DNA of 64,000 nt from Terriglobia bacterium (GCA_963664115.2 CAXWPJ010000005.1:160001-224000); one strand, 5' to 3'. Shown: positions 1-10,590, counted from the stretch's first letter. The notes: generated by a model not told the origin, from the sequence alone. A program made the numbers and translations.

Positions 1-561
1 GGACGATTACTCTCGCTACATCATCGCCTGGAAGCTCTTTCAAACCATGGCCGCATCTGACGTTCAGGACACGCTGGACGTTGCACTACAGGCGACAGAT
101 GTCGGACAAGTACAAGTCCGGCACCGACCGCGATTGTTGAGCGACAACGGCCCCTGCTACGTATCGCACGAACTCAAAGACTATTTACAACGTCGTGGTA
201 TGGAACACACCCGGGGTGCGCCCTATCACCCGATGACACAGGGCAAGATCGAACGCTATCACCGTTCGATGAAGAACGTGGTCAAGTTGGAACACTACTA
301 TTATCCGTGGGAACTTGAGCAGGCGATCGCGCAATGGGTCGAACACTACAACCACCATCGGTATCACGAATCTCTGAACAACGTGACACCGGCTGACGTG
401 TTCTTCGGGAGGGATCAGCAGATCCTTGCACGTCGTGACCAGATCAAAAGAAAAACGCTGGCTCGACGCAAAATCGAGAACCTTAGGATTGGAGTGGTAT
501 AACTTCAAAACCGTCTCTTAGCTAAATGGTCTTTTTGTCCGAATTATTCTGACGACGTACA
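1..561 (+). mobile_element. IS3-like (rve integrase core) insertion sequence, right part only
   Basis: Transposase C-terminus followed by a terminal sequence ending ...TCTGACGACGTACA at 561, which directly abuts IS1380 sequence. The left end is outside the window. Confidence 0.8.
2..502 (+). CDS. IS3-family/rve DDE transposase, 5'-partial
   Basis: Open from base 2 (DDYSRYIIAW); motifs LLSDNG, HPMTQGKIER and YNHHRYHESL..TP. Confidence 0.9.
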   Translation, partial: DDYSRYIIAWKLFQTMAASDVQDTLDVALQATDVGQVQVRHRPRLLSDNGPCYVSHELKDYLQRRGMEHTRGAPYHPMTQGKIERYHRSMKNVVKLEHYYYPWELEQAIAQWVEHYNHHRYHESLNNVTPADVFFGRDQQILARRDQIKRKTLARRKIENLRIGVV

Positions 562-2301
562 CTGTTTCAGTTCAGCCTCGCTGGTGTTGGACGGTTGACA
601 GAAACCGGGACCTCGATCGCCCGGGCTCAGAGTCATGATCGGGTCAACATCGCAGAGGCTGACGCAACACATCCACCCCGCGGAACAAGACCGGCAACCA
701 CCGGTTCCAGGCCAGGATCCGGAACAGAATGCGCCGCCCGGTGCGCACGAGTTGGCACGGCACAAGCATGAAAGCGTTCAAGAAGGTTTTGAACTCCATG
801 CGCAGCACGGTTTGCTTCTCAGCCTGATATTTTTGGCCCCAACGTCCGGTTTCGGGAAGCAGCAATGCAAACCACGCTTTCAGTGTCCAGGCCAGTGACG
901 CGATCACCATGTAGGCCCAGTTGCTGGTCTGATCTCCGACCGGCATCCGCAACGCCTGAACGCCGTTCTTCAACTGCTCAATGAGATTCTCCTGATTGCA
1001 CCGTTGATTGGCACGCATCACAATCTGGTCGGCCGGATCCGAACGGTTGGTAATGTAGAAGAAGTACCGGATGTCGTCAAACAACACCTGCTCTCCTTTG
1101 GCCACCGACAGATTCTTCCGCACCACGACGACACGGTAGTCCCGATCGCAGGCTCCGGGTCGATACCGAAACTCGGCCACATCCTCACCCTGCAAGCGGA
1201 TATTGTCGAAACCGCGCTGCCGAACGATCTCTTCCTTCACGTTGTCGGGACGTTGGCGCGGTTCGGTCGCCACGTCGTATTTCGCGGGCCGTTCCAGGCG
1301 CTTCCACTGGCGCGGCTCCAGTTCATCGGCCCGGGCCTTCAGGTTCGCCATCGCGTCAATCCCGAATATGAAACCCACCTGCTGGTCGTCCCATCCGTCC
1401 AGATGCCGGGTCTGGCTGAAGTCCGTGTCCCCGCGCAGCAGGATCTGGCGAAACCCCGCATGCCGGCACAATGCGATGGCTTGGTCGAACCGGACCGCGG
1501 CTCCTTCATGCGACGGCCGGTTGCCGCTACGATTGACCAGATACAGCGGTTCGGCGGTGTTGGCCAGCGAGATCATCAGCGGGTGATATCCCCACGTCCC
1601 GTCGTAGGCCACGTCCATCCCTTGCTTGCATTCCCCCGTGGTTTCGGCCAGTGTCCCGTCCGCGTCCAACACCGCTTCTTCGAAAAACGCCGCCGGTTGC
1701 TGTCGCCAGACTCCGAGCCGGACTTGATTGGTTGCCTCCATCAGACACTCCACGTCGTCGGCCTCGAATCTCCGGCAGAAGTCTCCCGCCGTCGTCGGAT
1801 CCGGAATCCGTTGCGCTCCCAGCGCATCCAGATACACCGCATCGTTGCGCCGCAGTTCGATGTCTTCCAGGCACGTTCCTCCGCTCAAGGCGTTGTAGGC
1901 GATGTTCAGCACGTGATCCGACTCGTGATACGGCAGGTGCCGCTTCAACACATGCACGCCCTTGTCGATGGCTTCGATCAGCCCGGTCCGCCGCGCCACC
2001 AGTTGCATCGTCCCGATACCACCAACCGATGTGCCCCGCGTCCGCTCTCCCATCTCGTACTGAATGTTGCTCGCCGAAAACATCGGCTCTACCTGATCCG
2101 TCCAATGCCGGTCCCCAAGCCGACGTTCGATTCGCCGCTTGCGGTTCCTCATGTTCTTGCGCGTATAATCGTTCATCTGAAATGCCTCCTTTTCCGAAGA
2201 ATCTGTTCAAGGTTTTTTTCGCACGGAGAGGGGGCATTTCGGGTACTTCCGCTCTTATTGCACTATCATTTCCTCGTCAATCACGCTTGTTCAGGGACTA
2301 G
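562..2301 (-). mobile_element. IS1380-family element, copy 1 (right end interrupted by the IS3-like element)
   Basis: Reverse complement of 48432-50170. Left end CTAGTCCCTGAACAAGCGTGA at 2301-2281; the last ~118 bp of the full copy are missing at 562. Confidence 0.9.
644..2176 (-). CDS. IS1380-family transposase (DDE_Tnp_1_4)
   Basis: 510 aa; LDADGT, GYHPL, LLRGDTDF and RCNQENLIEQLKNG motifs; same protein as 48557-50089. Confidence 0.92.
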   Translation of the reverse strand: MNDYTRKNMRNRKRRIERRLGDRHWTDQVEPMFSASNIQYEMGERTRGTSVGGIGTMQLVARRTGLIEAIDKGVHVLKRHLPYHESDHVLNIAYNALSGGTCLEDIELRRNDAVYLDALGAQRIPDPTTAGDFCRRFEADDVECLMEATNQVRLGVWRQQPAAFFEEAVLDADGTLAETTGECKQGMDVAYDGTWGYHPLMISLANTAEPLYLVNRSGNRPSHEGAAVRFDQAIALCRHAGFRQILLRGDTDFSQTRHLDGWDDQQVGFIFGIDAMANLKARADELEPRQWKRLERPAKYDVATEPRQRPDNVKEEIVRQRGFDNIRLQGEDVAEFRYRPGACDRDYRVVVVRKNLSVAKGEQVLFDDIRYFFYITNRSDPADQIVMRANQRCNQENLIEQLKNGVQALRMPVGDQTSNWAYMVIASLAWTLKAWFALLLPETGRWGQKYQAEKQTVLRMEFKTFLNAFMLVPCQLVRTGRRILFRILAWNRWLPVLFRGVDVLRQPLRC

Positions 2302-3162
2302 GGCGCATCTTACGGATGGTTCGCTTCTTTACATCGCGGTTTCCGATTGCGTTCCTTACGTTGCGGCGCCTGCTTCGACTTCGTCTCGCCGTCCTCGTTT
2401 CTCTTCTGATGTTTCCCTCGGTGAGTCCGGCGCAGGATGTGCCTCCCCCCGTGCTCAATATCCCGCGTCTCAACAGCCCGCCGCCACTTGAAGGTTTTCT
2501 AGAAATGGAAGTTCCCGCGGATCTCGCCGGACGCATGGCACGGGTGTCGGACTTCGTTCAACGCATACCGAGAGATGGTGAACCGGCGACACAGGGGACG
2601 GACGTCTATGTCGGGTACGACGATCTCAATTTCTATGCTGTATTCCGTTGCTTTGACGACGACCCGGAAGCGGTGCGCGCCCGCATGAGTCCGCGTGGCG
2701 ACAACGGAAGTGATGACTGGGTTCACATTGTTCTGGACACGTTTCACGACAGGCGTAACGCGTATGTGTTCAGCTCCTCCGCTCTGGGCGTACAGTGGGA
2801 TGCGTTCTGGACTGAGGGCGGGCAAAACGATGCCAATTTCGACACGCTCTACTATTCTGAAGGCGCCCTGACGGAATTCGGTTACGTCGTATTGATGGCC
2901 ATACCCTTCCAGAGCCTCCGCTTTTCCTCGGAGCAGAACCAGCAGTGGGGGATCATCTTCGGACGCAACATACCCCGCCTGAATGAGCAATCCTACTGGC
3001 CGCGGTATTCCAGCCGTATCGAAGGCCGCCTGAATCAAGCCGCGACCCTGGAGGGTCTCGATGGCATTTCATCGGGTCCCAGCATCCAGCTGTTGCCGTT
3101 TGCGGGGATCCGTTCGTTTCGCACGATCGATCAGCGCGATCCTGCCCGGCCTTTTTTCTTTG

Positions 3163-4547
3163 GAGTTATAACCGAATCTGGTGTTTGAGGGATTGAATAA
3201 GAGCGGCGTATCTGGTTGATTTGTTGTGACAAAACTTCAAAGCAACCATAGGAGATACGCCACTGTGAGCAAGAGTAACGTGAATGGACCGGAAGGTCGA
3301 GAAACGATTGAGGATCCAGTAACAGAACTACTACGAGTTGGGGCACAGCAACTGATCCAACGCGCAGTGGAAGCCGAATTGGCAGAGCTGCTATCCCAGC
3401 ACGGTGGCCGGCGAACTGAGACAGGAAACGCCGGGGTGGTACGCAACGGTTATCTGCCGGAACGCGAACTGCAGACGGGATTGGGTCCGGTAACAGTCCA
3501 AATCCCGAAGGTCCGTGCCAAGACGGGCGAAGCTGTGACGTTCCGATCGGCCCTGGTACCACCGTACATTCGGAAGACGAAGTCGCTGGAAGCAGCGGTG
3601 CCGTGGTTGTATTTGAAAGGCGTTTCCAGCGGCGAGATGGGTGAGGCCCTAAAAGTTCTTGTCGGTCCCCAGGCGCAGGGTCTGTCGGCGAGCACGGTAT
3701 CGCGGTTGAAACAGGTTTGGGGCGAACAGTACCGCCTCGGATGCGAGGAGCGTTTGGATGCAGATCGCTGGGTCTATGTCTGGGCCGACGGCATCTACAG
3801 CGGACTTCGGGCGGAACAAACCAAGTTGTGTGCATTGGTCGTGATCGGCGTGAATGAACGCGGAGAGAAGCGTTTCCTGGCGATCGAAGACGGTGTACGG
3901 GAATCGACACAGAGTTGGCGCGAGGTCTTGTTGAAGCTGAAGTCCCGTGGGATGAATGTTCCGAAGTTGGCCATCGGTGACGGTGCGATGGGGTTCTGGG
4001 CCGCACTGGAGGAAATCTATCCCGAGACACGTCAACAACGTTGCTGGATGCACAAAGTCATGAACGTCCTCAACTGCCTGCCCAAGTCGGTCCAGGCGAA
4101 GGCGAAACAGGCCCTGCACTCGATCTGGCAGGCCGAGACGAAGGCAGACGCCGAGAAGGCATTCGACTTGTTCATTGAAACCTATGAACCGAAGTATCCG
4201 AAAGCCACACTCTGCCTGCAGAAAGACAGAGAGGAACTGCTGGCCTTTTACGACTTTCCGGCCAAGCACTGGCAGAGCATCAGAACGACGAATCCCATTG
4301 AGTCGACCTTTGCCACCATTCGACACCGAACGAAGCGATCCAGAGGTTGCCTGACACGGGATGGCATGCTGCACATGATGTTCAAACTGGGCCAGTGCGC
4401 TGAGAACAATTGGCGACGATTACGAGGATTCGATGATCTGAGCAAGGTAATCATCGGAGTGAAATTCAACGATGGTGTCGAAGCGACACAAGTCGATCAG
4501 GCCGCCGCTTGAATCAATCTCCTAAACACCACTTTTGACAATAACTC
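3163..4547 (+). mobile_element. IS256-family element with 9-bp target duplication TTTTCTTTG
   Basis: Imperfect terminal IRs GAGTTATAACCGAATCTGGTGTTT and (reverse complement) GAGTTATTGTCAAAAGTGGTGTTT; TTTTCTTTG at 3154-3162 and 4548-4556. Confidence 0.93.
3226..4512 (+). CDS. IS256-family transposase
   Basis: RNGYLPER, YVWADG, LAIGDGAMGFW, QQRCWMH and RTTNPIES motifs; true start may be the GTG near 3265 after AGGAGA. Confidence 0.93.
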   Translation: MTKLQSNHRRYATVSKSNVNGPEGRETIEDPVTELLRVGAQQLIQRAVEAELAELLSQHGGRRTETGNAGVVRNGYLPERELQTGLGPVTVQIPKVRAKTGEAVTFRSALVPPYIRKTKSLEAAVPWLYLKGVSSGEMGEALKVLVGPQAQGLSASTVSRLKQVWGEQYRLGCEERLDADRWVYVWADGIYSGLRAEQTKLCALVVIGVNERGEKRFLAIEDGVRESTQSWREVLLKLKSRGMNVPKLAIGDGAMGFWAALEEIYPETRQQRCWMHKVMNVLNCLPKSVQAKAKQALHSIWQAETKADAEKAFDLFIETYEPKYPKATLCLQKDREELLAFYDFPAKHWQSIRTTNPIESTFATIRHRTKRSRGCLTRDGMLHMMFKLGQCAENNWRRLRGFDDLSKVIIGVKFNDGVEATQVDQAAA

Positions 4548-6265
4548 TTTTCTTTGCCGACCGCGCTGCCACGGATGCCGGCCTGAACGCGAAGCTGGTC
4601 TTCCGAGACAGCCTGGTTACGGACATCGCGATCAATCCTGATTTCAGCCAGATTGAATCGGATGAGCCTCAGATCACCACGAATCAGTGTTTCGAGGTGT
4701 TTTTCCCGGAAAAACGACCTTTCTTCCTCGAAAACGCAAGTTTCTTTCAGACTCCGATGGATCTTGTATTCACGCGCCGAATCGCCGACCCTCAGTTTGG
4801 CGCTCGATTTACCGGCAAGGTGGGTTCTTATGCGATTGGTGCGCTCGTCGCAGATGAGCAATCCCCCGGGAAAAGAGTAGCGGAAGACGATCCCTTGTCG
4901 GGCAAGAGGGCGCGCTTCGGGATTCTTCGCATCAACCGCGATATCTTCAATCAGTCGACAGTCGGGTTTATATTCACAGACCGGAGTTTCGAAAACACAT
5001 TCAATCGTGTGGGTGGGGTGGATGCTCGACTCAAGCTGAGTGAGAACTGGAGAACGCAGTTGCAGGCTGTAACGAGCCGAACGCACTTCAGTGACGATAC
5101 ACGCCGATCCGGACCCGCCTATGACGTTCAACTCAACAGAGACGGACGGCAGTTCAATGTTGACCTGAAATATTCGGAACGTAGCGCGGGATTCGTGACG
5201 CTGACAGGGTTCAATCCCAGGCGGGACATTCGGGACATCACCGGGCAATCGAGTTATGCCTTCCGTCCTGAGGGCAGCTATTGGATTTCCATGACACCGG
5301 GCTTGACGCTCAGCCGGATCACGGACCGTGACGGGAAAGGTCTGGAAACGTTCTACAATCCGGTATTAGGCTGGGAGTTCGTCGGTCAGACATTTTTCGA
5401 CCTCGAGTACAAATCCGAACACGTGAGGCTGCGCCCGGAAGAAGCACAGGTAGCGGCCGACCGCGAATTCGATCGACACACCATCGGCGGCGTTTTCAGA
5501 ACCAGCTTCATTCCTGAAATCGAGTTTGAGGGTCGACACTTCAGGGGCAACGACGTGAACCACAGCCCCGCTGTTGGTCAGGAAGCTTCAATGCAAACCT
5601 GGTCCTCGACGGACCTTGCGCTCACAGTGCGACCGCTTACCCGGCTGAGCATCGCCAACCGCTATTTTTTTACCAGGCTTGCCGACCGGCAAACAGGCGC
5701 GACGATCTTCAATGACCACATTATCCGTTCGCGTTGGAATTGGCAGTTCACGCGTGAACTGGCGATCCGGTTCATCCTTCAATACGATTCCGTGCTGGTG
5801 AATCCCGAATTCACGAGCCTGGAAAAACGAAAGAACATCAACACCGATGTTCTCTTCTCTTACCAACTCAACGCCTGGACGGCACTCTACGTGGGCTACA
5901 ACGGCAACGCGCAGAATATCGATCTGGTCCCAACGTCGACGGGTTCGAGGATCGTCCGAACGGAACATGGATTCATTAACGATGGTCGCCAATTCTTCGC
6001 GAAGTTTTCGTATCTGGTCCGATTCTGAATGTAGACCTCATGAACGCGATTGCCGGAGCTGAGAAACGGGACTGAAAGAGGGCATCGAATGCACGATCTG
6101 CAAGAAGATGGTTATTCACCTGATCTTCTTGCCAGAAACGAATAGCCGGTGTTTTGCTGGCTGGGGGAGCACGTTGCTGAGTATCCTGATGTGGAACTGC
6201 AGTTTTGCGGTATCTGTCAGCAGTCGGTGATCTAAATGTACCGACCAAAAGATGGGGCCAATACC

Positions 6266-6391
6266 ATGACGACCGCTACAAAAGACAACGTATTGCTGGT
6301 GCTAGGACTGATTGCAATTGTCATTTTATGGTCCGGATTGGCAATAAATATCTTGACGATCCTGACTGAGTGGAGGATCGACCTGCCATAA
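6266..6391 (+). CDS. Putative 41-aa single-pass membrane peptide
   Basis: MTTATKDNVLLVLGLIAIVILWSGLAINILTILTEWRIDLP; hydrophobic core but weak RBS. Confidence 0.3.
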   Translation: MTTATKDNVLLVLGLIAIVILWSGLAINILTILTEWRIDLP

Positions 6392-6674
6392 AACGTACAT
6401 CCCCTGCTAGCTGGTTGTACGAACAGGCCGTTGGTCTGGGAGTTGAATATCTCCGGGCAACTGAAGGTCTTTTCACATGCTGGCAACACCAATACGACGT
6501 TGCGGGCGAGGCACTGTCCCACACCTTCAGTAAAAAGTAGGTAACGGCCTTTACAGTGTCAGTATCAGCTTCGCTAGACAAGCGTCTACCCAGTGCCTCC
6601 CTCAAAGCACTTCAGACACTGCGCAATCACTGACAGCAGGCCGTCCAAAGTTTGGAAATTCGCAGGAATAGCCG

Positions 6675-6765
6675 GTCTCGACTACCGACAATTTGATTTG
6701 TCAGGACTTGAGCCCTCAATCACGGCACTGGCCCCCGTCCAAGTCGTTTCAATCCGAATTGAAGC
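6675..6765 (-). repeat. Degenerate kinase 3'-end remnant (..RGPVP*) plus 38-bp IR
   Basis: Minus strand reads GTGCCGTGA-TTGAGGG-CTCAAGTCCTGACAAATCA, matching 44533-44551. Confidence 0.75.
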
Positions 6766-6807
6766 AAGGGAGGCTTTTAATAATTGGATTGTGCGTCTTC
6801 GGGATTG

Positions 6808-7215
6808 TCATGACGGGCCGGTGGCGTGACTCGAATATACGGTGATCGTCTTCTCATCGGGATCGGTGATCTCGAATATGTAATGTCCGTAGGGTCCCTC
6901 ATCAACTGGTCCGGGTTTAAGGCCCTTACCGACAAGTCGCTCTCGATAGGCTTCAAGATCATCACGAGAGGTGCCACTGACCATCAACTCGAACCCTTCC
7001 TGCGCCCCGATTCGTGAGGCTGGTAAGGCCTGCTTCGTTCCTTCATCGTCGATGAGCATTAGGTGAGTCCCTCCGAGCAATTCAAGGATCGACATGCCAG
7101 GTTCTGCCACTACTTTGCGAAGGCCCAGCTTCAGGTAGAACTTTCTACTCTTCCCGACGTCCGACACATGCATCACAACGTGGCCAATCGCCACTTGGGG
7201 TCGTTTGTTGTCCAT
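6808..7215 (-). CDS. VOC/glyoxalase family protein
   Basis: IGHVVMHVSDV..SRKFY..LGL and FEITDPD motifs. Confidence 0.88.
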   Translation of the reverse strand: MDNKRPQVAIGHVVMHVSDVGKSRKFYLKLGLRKVVAEPGMSILELLGGTHLMLIDDEGTKQALPASRIGAQEGFELMVSGTSRDDLEAYRERLVGKGLKPGPVDEGPYGHYIFEITDPDEKTITVYSSHATGPS

Positions 7216-7329
7216 GTGAACTTCCTATGACCTGCAACGGATTTGCTTGACGATCCAGTATAGCCAGAAGGGACTTGTAGGACGTCGAGAATCGAATTCA
7301 GAAGCGAACACATGGAAGACAGCCCACCG

Positions 7330-7371
7330 CTATCGCACCGGCACCCGTTCCTTCAGTTCTTCAGACCAGTG
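7330..7371 (-). repeat. Kinase 3'-end remnant HWSEELKERVPVR*
   Basis: Near-identical in DNA to 43866-43907. Confidence 0.9.
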
Positions 7372-7445
7372 CCTTTCGCGCGGGTTTGTCGGCCCCACTA
7401 CGCGTTCGCGCTTTCAGTCGGCGGCAGGCGAAAACGAACGGCTTT

Positions 7446-7495
7446 GTACTTTACTATGCAAAGTACTTGACATCAGGAAGACGCTGCTTTAGCTT
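7446..7495 (+). promoter_or_regulatory. Palindromic operator GTACTTT-N7-AAAGTAC abutting a sigma70 promoter
   Basis: Palindrome at 7446-7466; TTGACA at 7467-7472; 17-bp spacer; TAGCTT at 7490-7495; GAGG then ATG at 7503. Confidence 0.7.
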
Positions 7496-7502
7496 CGAGG
7501 TC

Positions 7503-8120
7503 ATGGAAGCATCGCATCAGGGTCCGTCCGGCGTAGAGGTGCCCGTGGGTTTGGACGTCCGCGCGGTAGCCAACCTACGCTTCATCCGGCAGACGATGGA
7601 GCGCTCCGCCGTGTTCACGTCTCTCTCCGGCCGCGGAGCTATTCTGATCGGGGTAACCGCGGTTGCTGCCTCCTGGATCGCTTCGGGTCAAGCGGAGTTC
7701 ACCGGATGGCTTGGCATATGGCTTGCTGAAGCCGCCGTGGCCATTCTGATCGCGATTGCAACAACGCTTCCCAAGGTCCGAGGGCTGGAGACACCAGCTA
7801 CTTTGCGCCCGATCCGAAATTTTGCGCTCGGAATGGCGCCGCCGTTCTTAGCCGCGGGTGTTCTCACAGCGGCGGTGGCGGGGGCCGAGCAGTTCAATTG
7901 GGTGATTCCCGGCATGTGGTTACTTCTGTACGGATGCGGCATCGCAACGGGCGGTGCGTTTTCGATCCGGATTGTGCCGATAATGGGTCTGCTCTTCATG
8001 CTCCTGGGCACGTTGGCCTTGTTCCTACCCTCGACTCTGCACGACGCCCTGCTCGCTTTCGGATTCGGCGGGTTGCACATCGTGTTCGGAGTGATCATCA
8101 CCTGGAGGTACGGTGGCTAG
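7503..8120 (+). CDS. Multi-pass membrane protein, hypothetical
   Basis: NLRFIRQTMERS followed by about 6 TM helices; ATG at 7503 with RBS. Confidence 0.8.
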   Translation: MEASHQGPSGVEVPVGLDVRAVANLRFIRQTMERSAVFTSLSGRGAILIGVTAVAASWIASGQAEFTGWLGIWLAEAAVAILIAIATTLPKVRGLETPATLRPIRNFALGMAPPFLAAGVLTAAVAGAEQFNWVIPGMWLLLYGCGIATGGAFSIRIVPIMGLLFMLLGTLALFLPSTLHDALLAFGFGGLHIVFGVIITWRYGG

Positions 8121-8505
8121 ATCGGAGGCGGTTCGAAAGCCTCGCAAAGGGGAAGCACACACCCAGGCGCATCCCCCACGGCTTGTGCGCCGATTCGATG
8201 GACGAGAAGCACTGGATCTGGACCGCCTGATTCATGAGCGGACTCGCCTGGCGATCGTCAGCGCGCTGGCCGCTACCACCCGACTTTCTTTCAGCGAACT
8301 CAAGAAGCTTCTTGATCTGACGGATGGGAATCTGAGCGTCCATTGCCGCAAGTTGGAGGAAGCGCAGTATGTCGACTGCAAGAAGGGCTTCGATCGGCGC
8401 GTACCCAAGACAACCTACAGACTGACTGCGAAAGGACGCCGCGCGCTCGAGCGCTATCTGACTCACATGGAAGCCTTGATCGCTTCCGCACGGCGGGTGG
8501 AGTAG
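8113..8505 (+). CDS. Winged-helix transcriptional regulator (HTH_34/MarR-like)
   Basis: LDRLIHERTRLAIVSAL, LTDGNLSVHCRKLEEA and TTYRLTAKGR motifs. Confidence 0.9.
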   Translation: MARSEAVRKPRKGEAHTQAHPPRLVRRFDGREALDLDRLIHERTRLAIVSALAATTRLSFSELKKLLDLTDGNLSVHCRKLEEAQYVDCKKGFDRRVPKTTYRLTAKGRRALERYLTHMEALIASARRVE

Positions 8506-8509
8506 AAAA

Positions 8510-9268
8510 TTGCCAATAGACTTTACACTACAACGTACTTTAACAAGCGTCTTCCATGCGCCTCATCTGGCCATCATCATGGACGGCAACGGCCGCTGGG
8601 CCGAACGTCGCGGCCAGCCCCGGGCAGTAGGGCATCTGGAGGGAGCCCAGGCCCTACGGCGCACCGTGGGCGGCGCGCTGGACCTTGGAATCGGAGTGCT
8701 GACTCTCTATGCCTTTTCAGCGAACAACTGGAAGCGTCCCAGGGTGGAAACCGGCCGTCTGATGGACCTGTTCCTCGATTTCCTGAACGGGGAAGCCTCC
8801 GCATGTGTGAAACACGGAATCCGCGTGAAGGTGTTTGGGAGGCGGGACCGCCTCGGTGCGTCTCTTCGAGAGGCCATTGAAGACGTGGAAAGCATTACCG
8901 CGAACTCTCGGAACCTTTGTCTCCGGCTCGCCATTGACTACTCCGCTCGAGACACCGTGGTGCGGGCCGTCCAGGCCCTCTGTGCCGACACCGCGTTCGA
9001 GGGGGGTTCGCTCAGGAGAGCCGTCAGGGAAACATCCCACGACACGATCGTTCCGCCTGTCGATTTGTTGATTCGTACGGGTGGGGAACAGAGGCTGAGT
9101 GACCTGTTCGGCCCTGAGTGCGCTGATGCCGAGATCCTGTTCACTAAAACGATGTGGCCGGACTTTGGGGAAACCGAACTGCGCGAAGCGCTGGCCGAGT
9201 TTCGCCGGCGCGAACGGAGGTTCGGCGCTCTTGCTGACCCGGTTCCCAGCGTCCTACGTCTCGTATGA
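8510..9268 (+). CDS. uppS: Polyprenyl (undecaprenyl) diphosphate synthase, cis-prenyltransferase
   Basis: HLAIIMDGNGRWA, YAFSANNWKRP and VDLLIRTGGEQRLSD motifs; start codon uncertain. Confidence 0.9.
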   Translation: MPIDFTLQRTLTSVFHAPHLAIIMDGNGRWAERRGQPRAVGHLEGAQALRRTVGGALDLGIGVLTLYAFSANNWKRPRVETGRLMDLFLDFLNGEASACVKHGIRVKVFGRRDRLGASLREAIEDVESITANSRNLCLRLAIDYSARDTVVRAVQALCADTAFEGGSLRRAVRETSHDTIVPPVDLLIRTGGEQRLSDLFGPECADAEILFTKTMWPDFGETELREALAEFRRRERRFGALADPVPSVLRLV

Positions 9269-9363
9269 GGGGCGGAGTACGCGCCGATTTCTGACGAGCG
9301 AGGGAAAGGGACGTGGTCAGCTCAGTCGGCTGAACCCGCAAGTTAAGAAAGGACTTTTCAATT

Positions 9364-9867
9364 ATGCAACAGATTTCTCCCATCGCACGCAACAGCTCGG
9401 GCACTGCGACCGACGGCTCGGGTGCGGCCAAACGGACCAACGGACGATCCAATCGACTCAGCGTCGTCACTAGCCAGAGGGTGGAGTTCCACGACCTTAC
9501 CTCGCGGGTTGAGGCCGCTGTCAAGGCCAGTGGTATCGGTTCCGGCACCGTGACGGTTCGGTCCATGCACACAACCGCGGCCGTATTCCTCAACGAGTGG
9601 CAGGAAGCTTTACTGGCGGACTGTCAGCGGCTCTTCGAGTTGCTGGTGCCGGACGGAAAGGACTGGAGGCACAACGATCCCCGATACTCCGATTGTCAGC
9701 GGGGCAACGCCGCGGCCCATCTGCGAGCGTTGCTTCTTGGTTCATCTGTATCGTTGCCTGTGCGCGACGGCCAGATCGAGCGCGGAACCTGGCAGTCGAT
9801 CATCTTCGCGGAGTTGGACGGGCCGCTAAACCGGTCTGTCGCGGTTGAAATCCGCGGACAGTTCTAA
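9364..9867 (+). CDS. yjbQ: YjbQ/UPF0047 secondary thiamine-phosphate synthase family
   Basis: HTTAAVFLNE, NAAAHLRALLLG and GTWQSIIFAELDGP motifs. Confidence 0.9.
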   Translation: MQQISPIARNSSGTATDGSGAAKRTNGRSNRLSVVTSQRVEFHDLTSRVEAAVKASGIGSGTVTVRSMHTTAAVFLNEWQEALLADCQRLFELLVPDGKDWRHNDPRYSDCQRGNAAAHLRALLLGSSVSLPVRDGQIERGTWQSIIFAELDGPLNRSVAVEIRGQF

Positions 9868-10039
9868 TGGCAGTGGCGATAGGGTTCGCCATTCCCTGCG
9901 CAAGGCGAATTACCAATCAATCGGGCAATCCATATCTGCTGTGGGCTTCGTTTCGGCGCGGAAGGTGACTCACAGGGGGTTATACCGCTCTGGAACCCCA
10001 CCATCACCCTCATCAATCATCAACAACGGAGGCAAGCTC

Positions 10040-10441
10040 ATGCGAACAGGTAGAGTCGATACCACGTACCGATCTGCCGTCGGCCTTGCGCTTGCGGGGG
10101 CATTCCTTCTCTTCTGGGTGAACGGTGCCGTAGGCATCATCGGGGATGAGGACAACGTCGCTAACTTGATGTACGGCGGGGTGCTCGCCGTGGGTCTCAT
10201 CGGTGCCATCATCGCGCACTTCCAGCCACATGGAATGACACGCGCGTTGTTCGCGACGGCGCTCGCTCAGTCCTTGGTCGCCGTGATCGCGCTGGTCGCC
10301 GGGTTGGGTCACCCGGTGACCTCGCCGGGGGAGATATTGATGCTGAACGGGTTCTTCGTCGCTCTGTGGGTCGGATCGGCCTGGCTGTTTCGGTCCGCTG
10401 CGATTAAGCGCAACAGGCCTGGGCAGGTGATCTCGAACTGA
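10040..10441 (+). CDS. Small 4-TM membrane protein, hypothetical
   Basis: GGAGG RBS before ATG 10040; WVNGAVGIIG..D..ANLMY; four hydrophobic segments. Confidence 0.8.
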   Translation: MRTGRVDTTYRSAVGLALAGAFLLFWVNGAVGIIGDEDNVANLMYGGVLAVGLIGAIIAHFQPHGMTRALFATALAQSLVAVIALVAGLGHPVTSPGEILMLNGFFVALWVGSAWLFRSAAIKRNRPGQVISN

Positions 10442-10590
10442 TTGCTGACCATAGAGGCCACAGTTCGACCGTAGCCCAGGTTATTCGGCCGGCGGCATCT
10501 GATCTAAGCGAGAGCGCATACAGGGCTATGGTAATTCCACGGGGTTTGGACCCACGTAGTCCGGAGCACGTGTCTCCGCGTTCATTGTTG

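Larger units (their letters stand above)
2316..6028 (+). pseudogene. Exported CBM9-like/DUF5916 protein split by IS256
   Basis: N-part 2316-3162 and C-part 4557-6028 rejoin in frame (PFFF|ADRAATDAGLNAK) after removing the IS and one target duplication; INPDFSQIESD and FEVFFPEKRPFFLE motifs; ends in F like a beta-barrel protein. Confidence 0.85.

Noticed and set aside
1004-2491. Long antisense ORFs over the IS1380 copies (also 46551-47633 and 48368-49729)
   Set aside because: Shadow frames of the transposase in GC-rich DNA, with no recognisable motifs.
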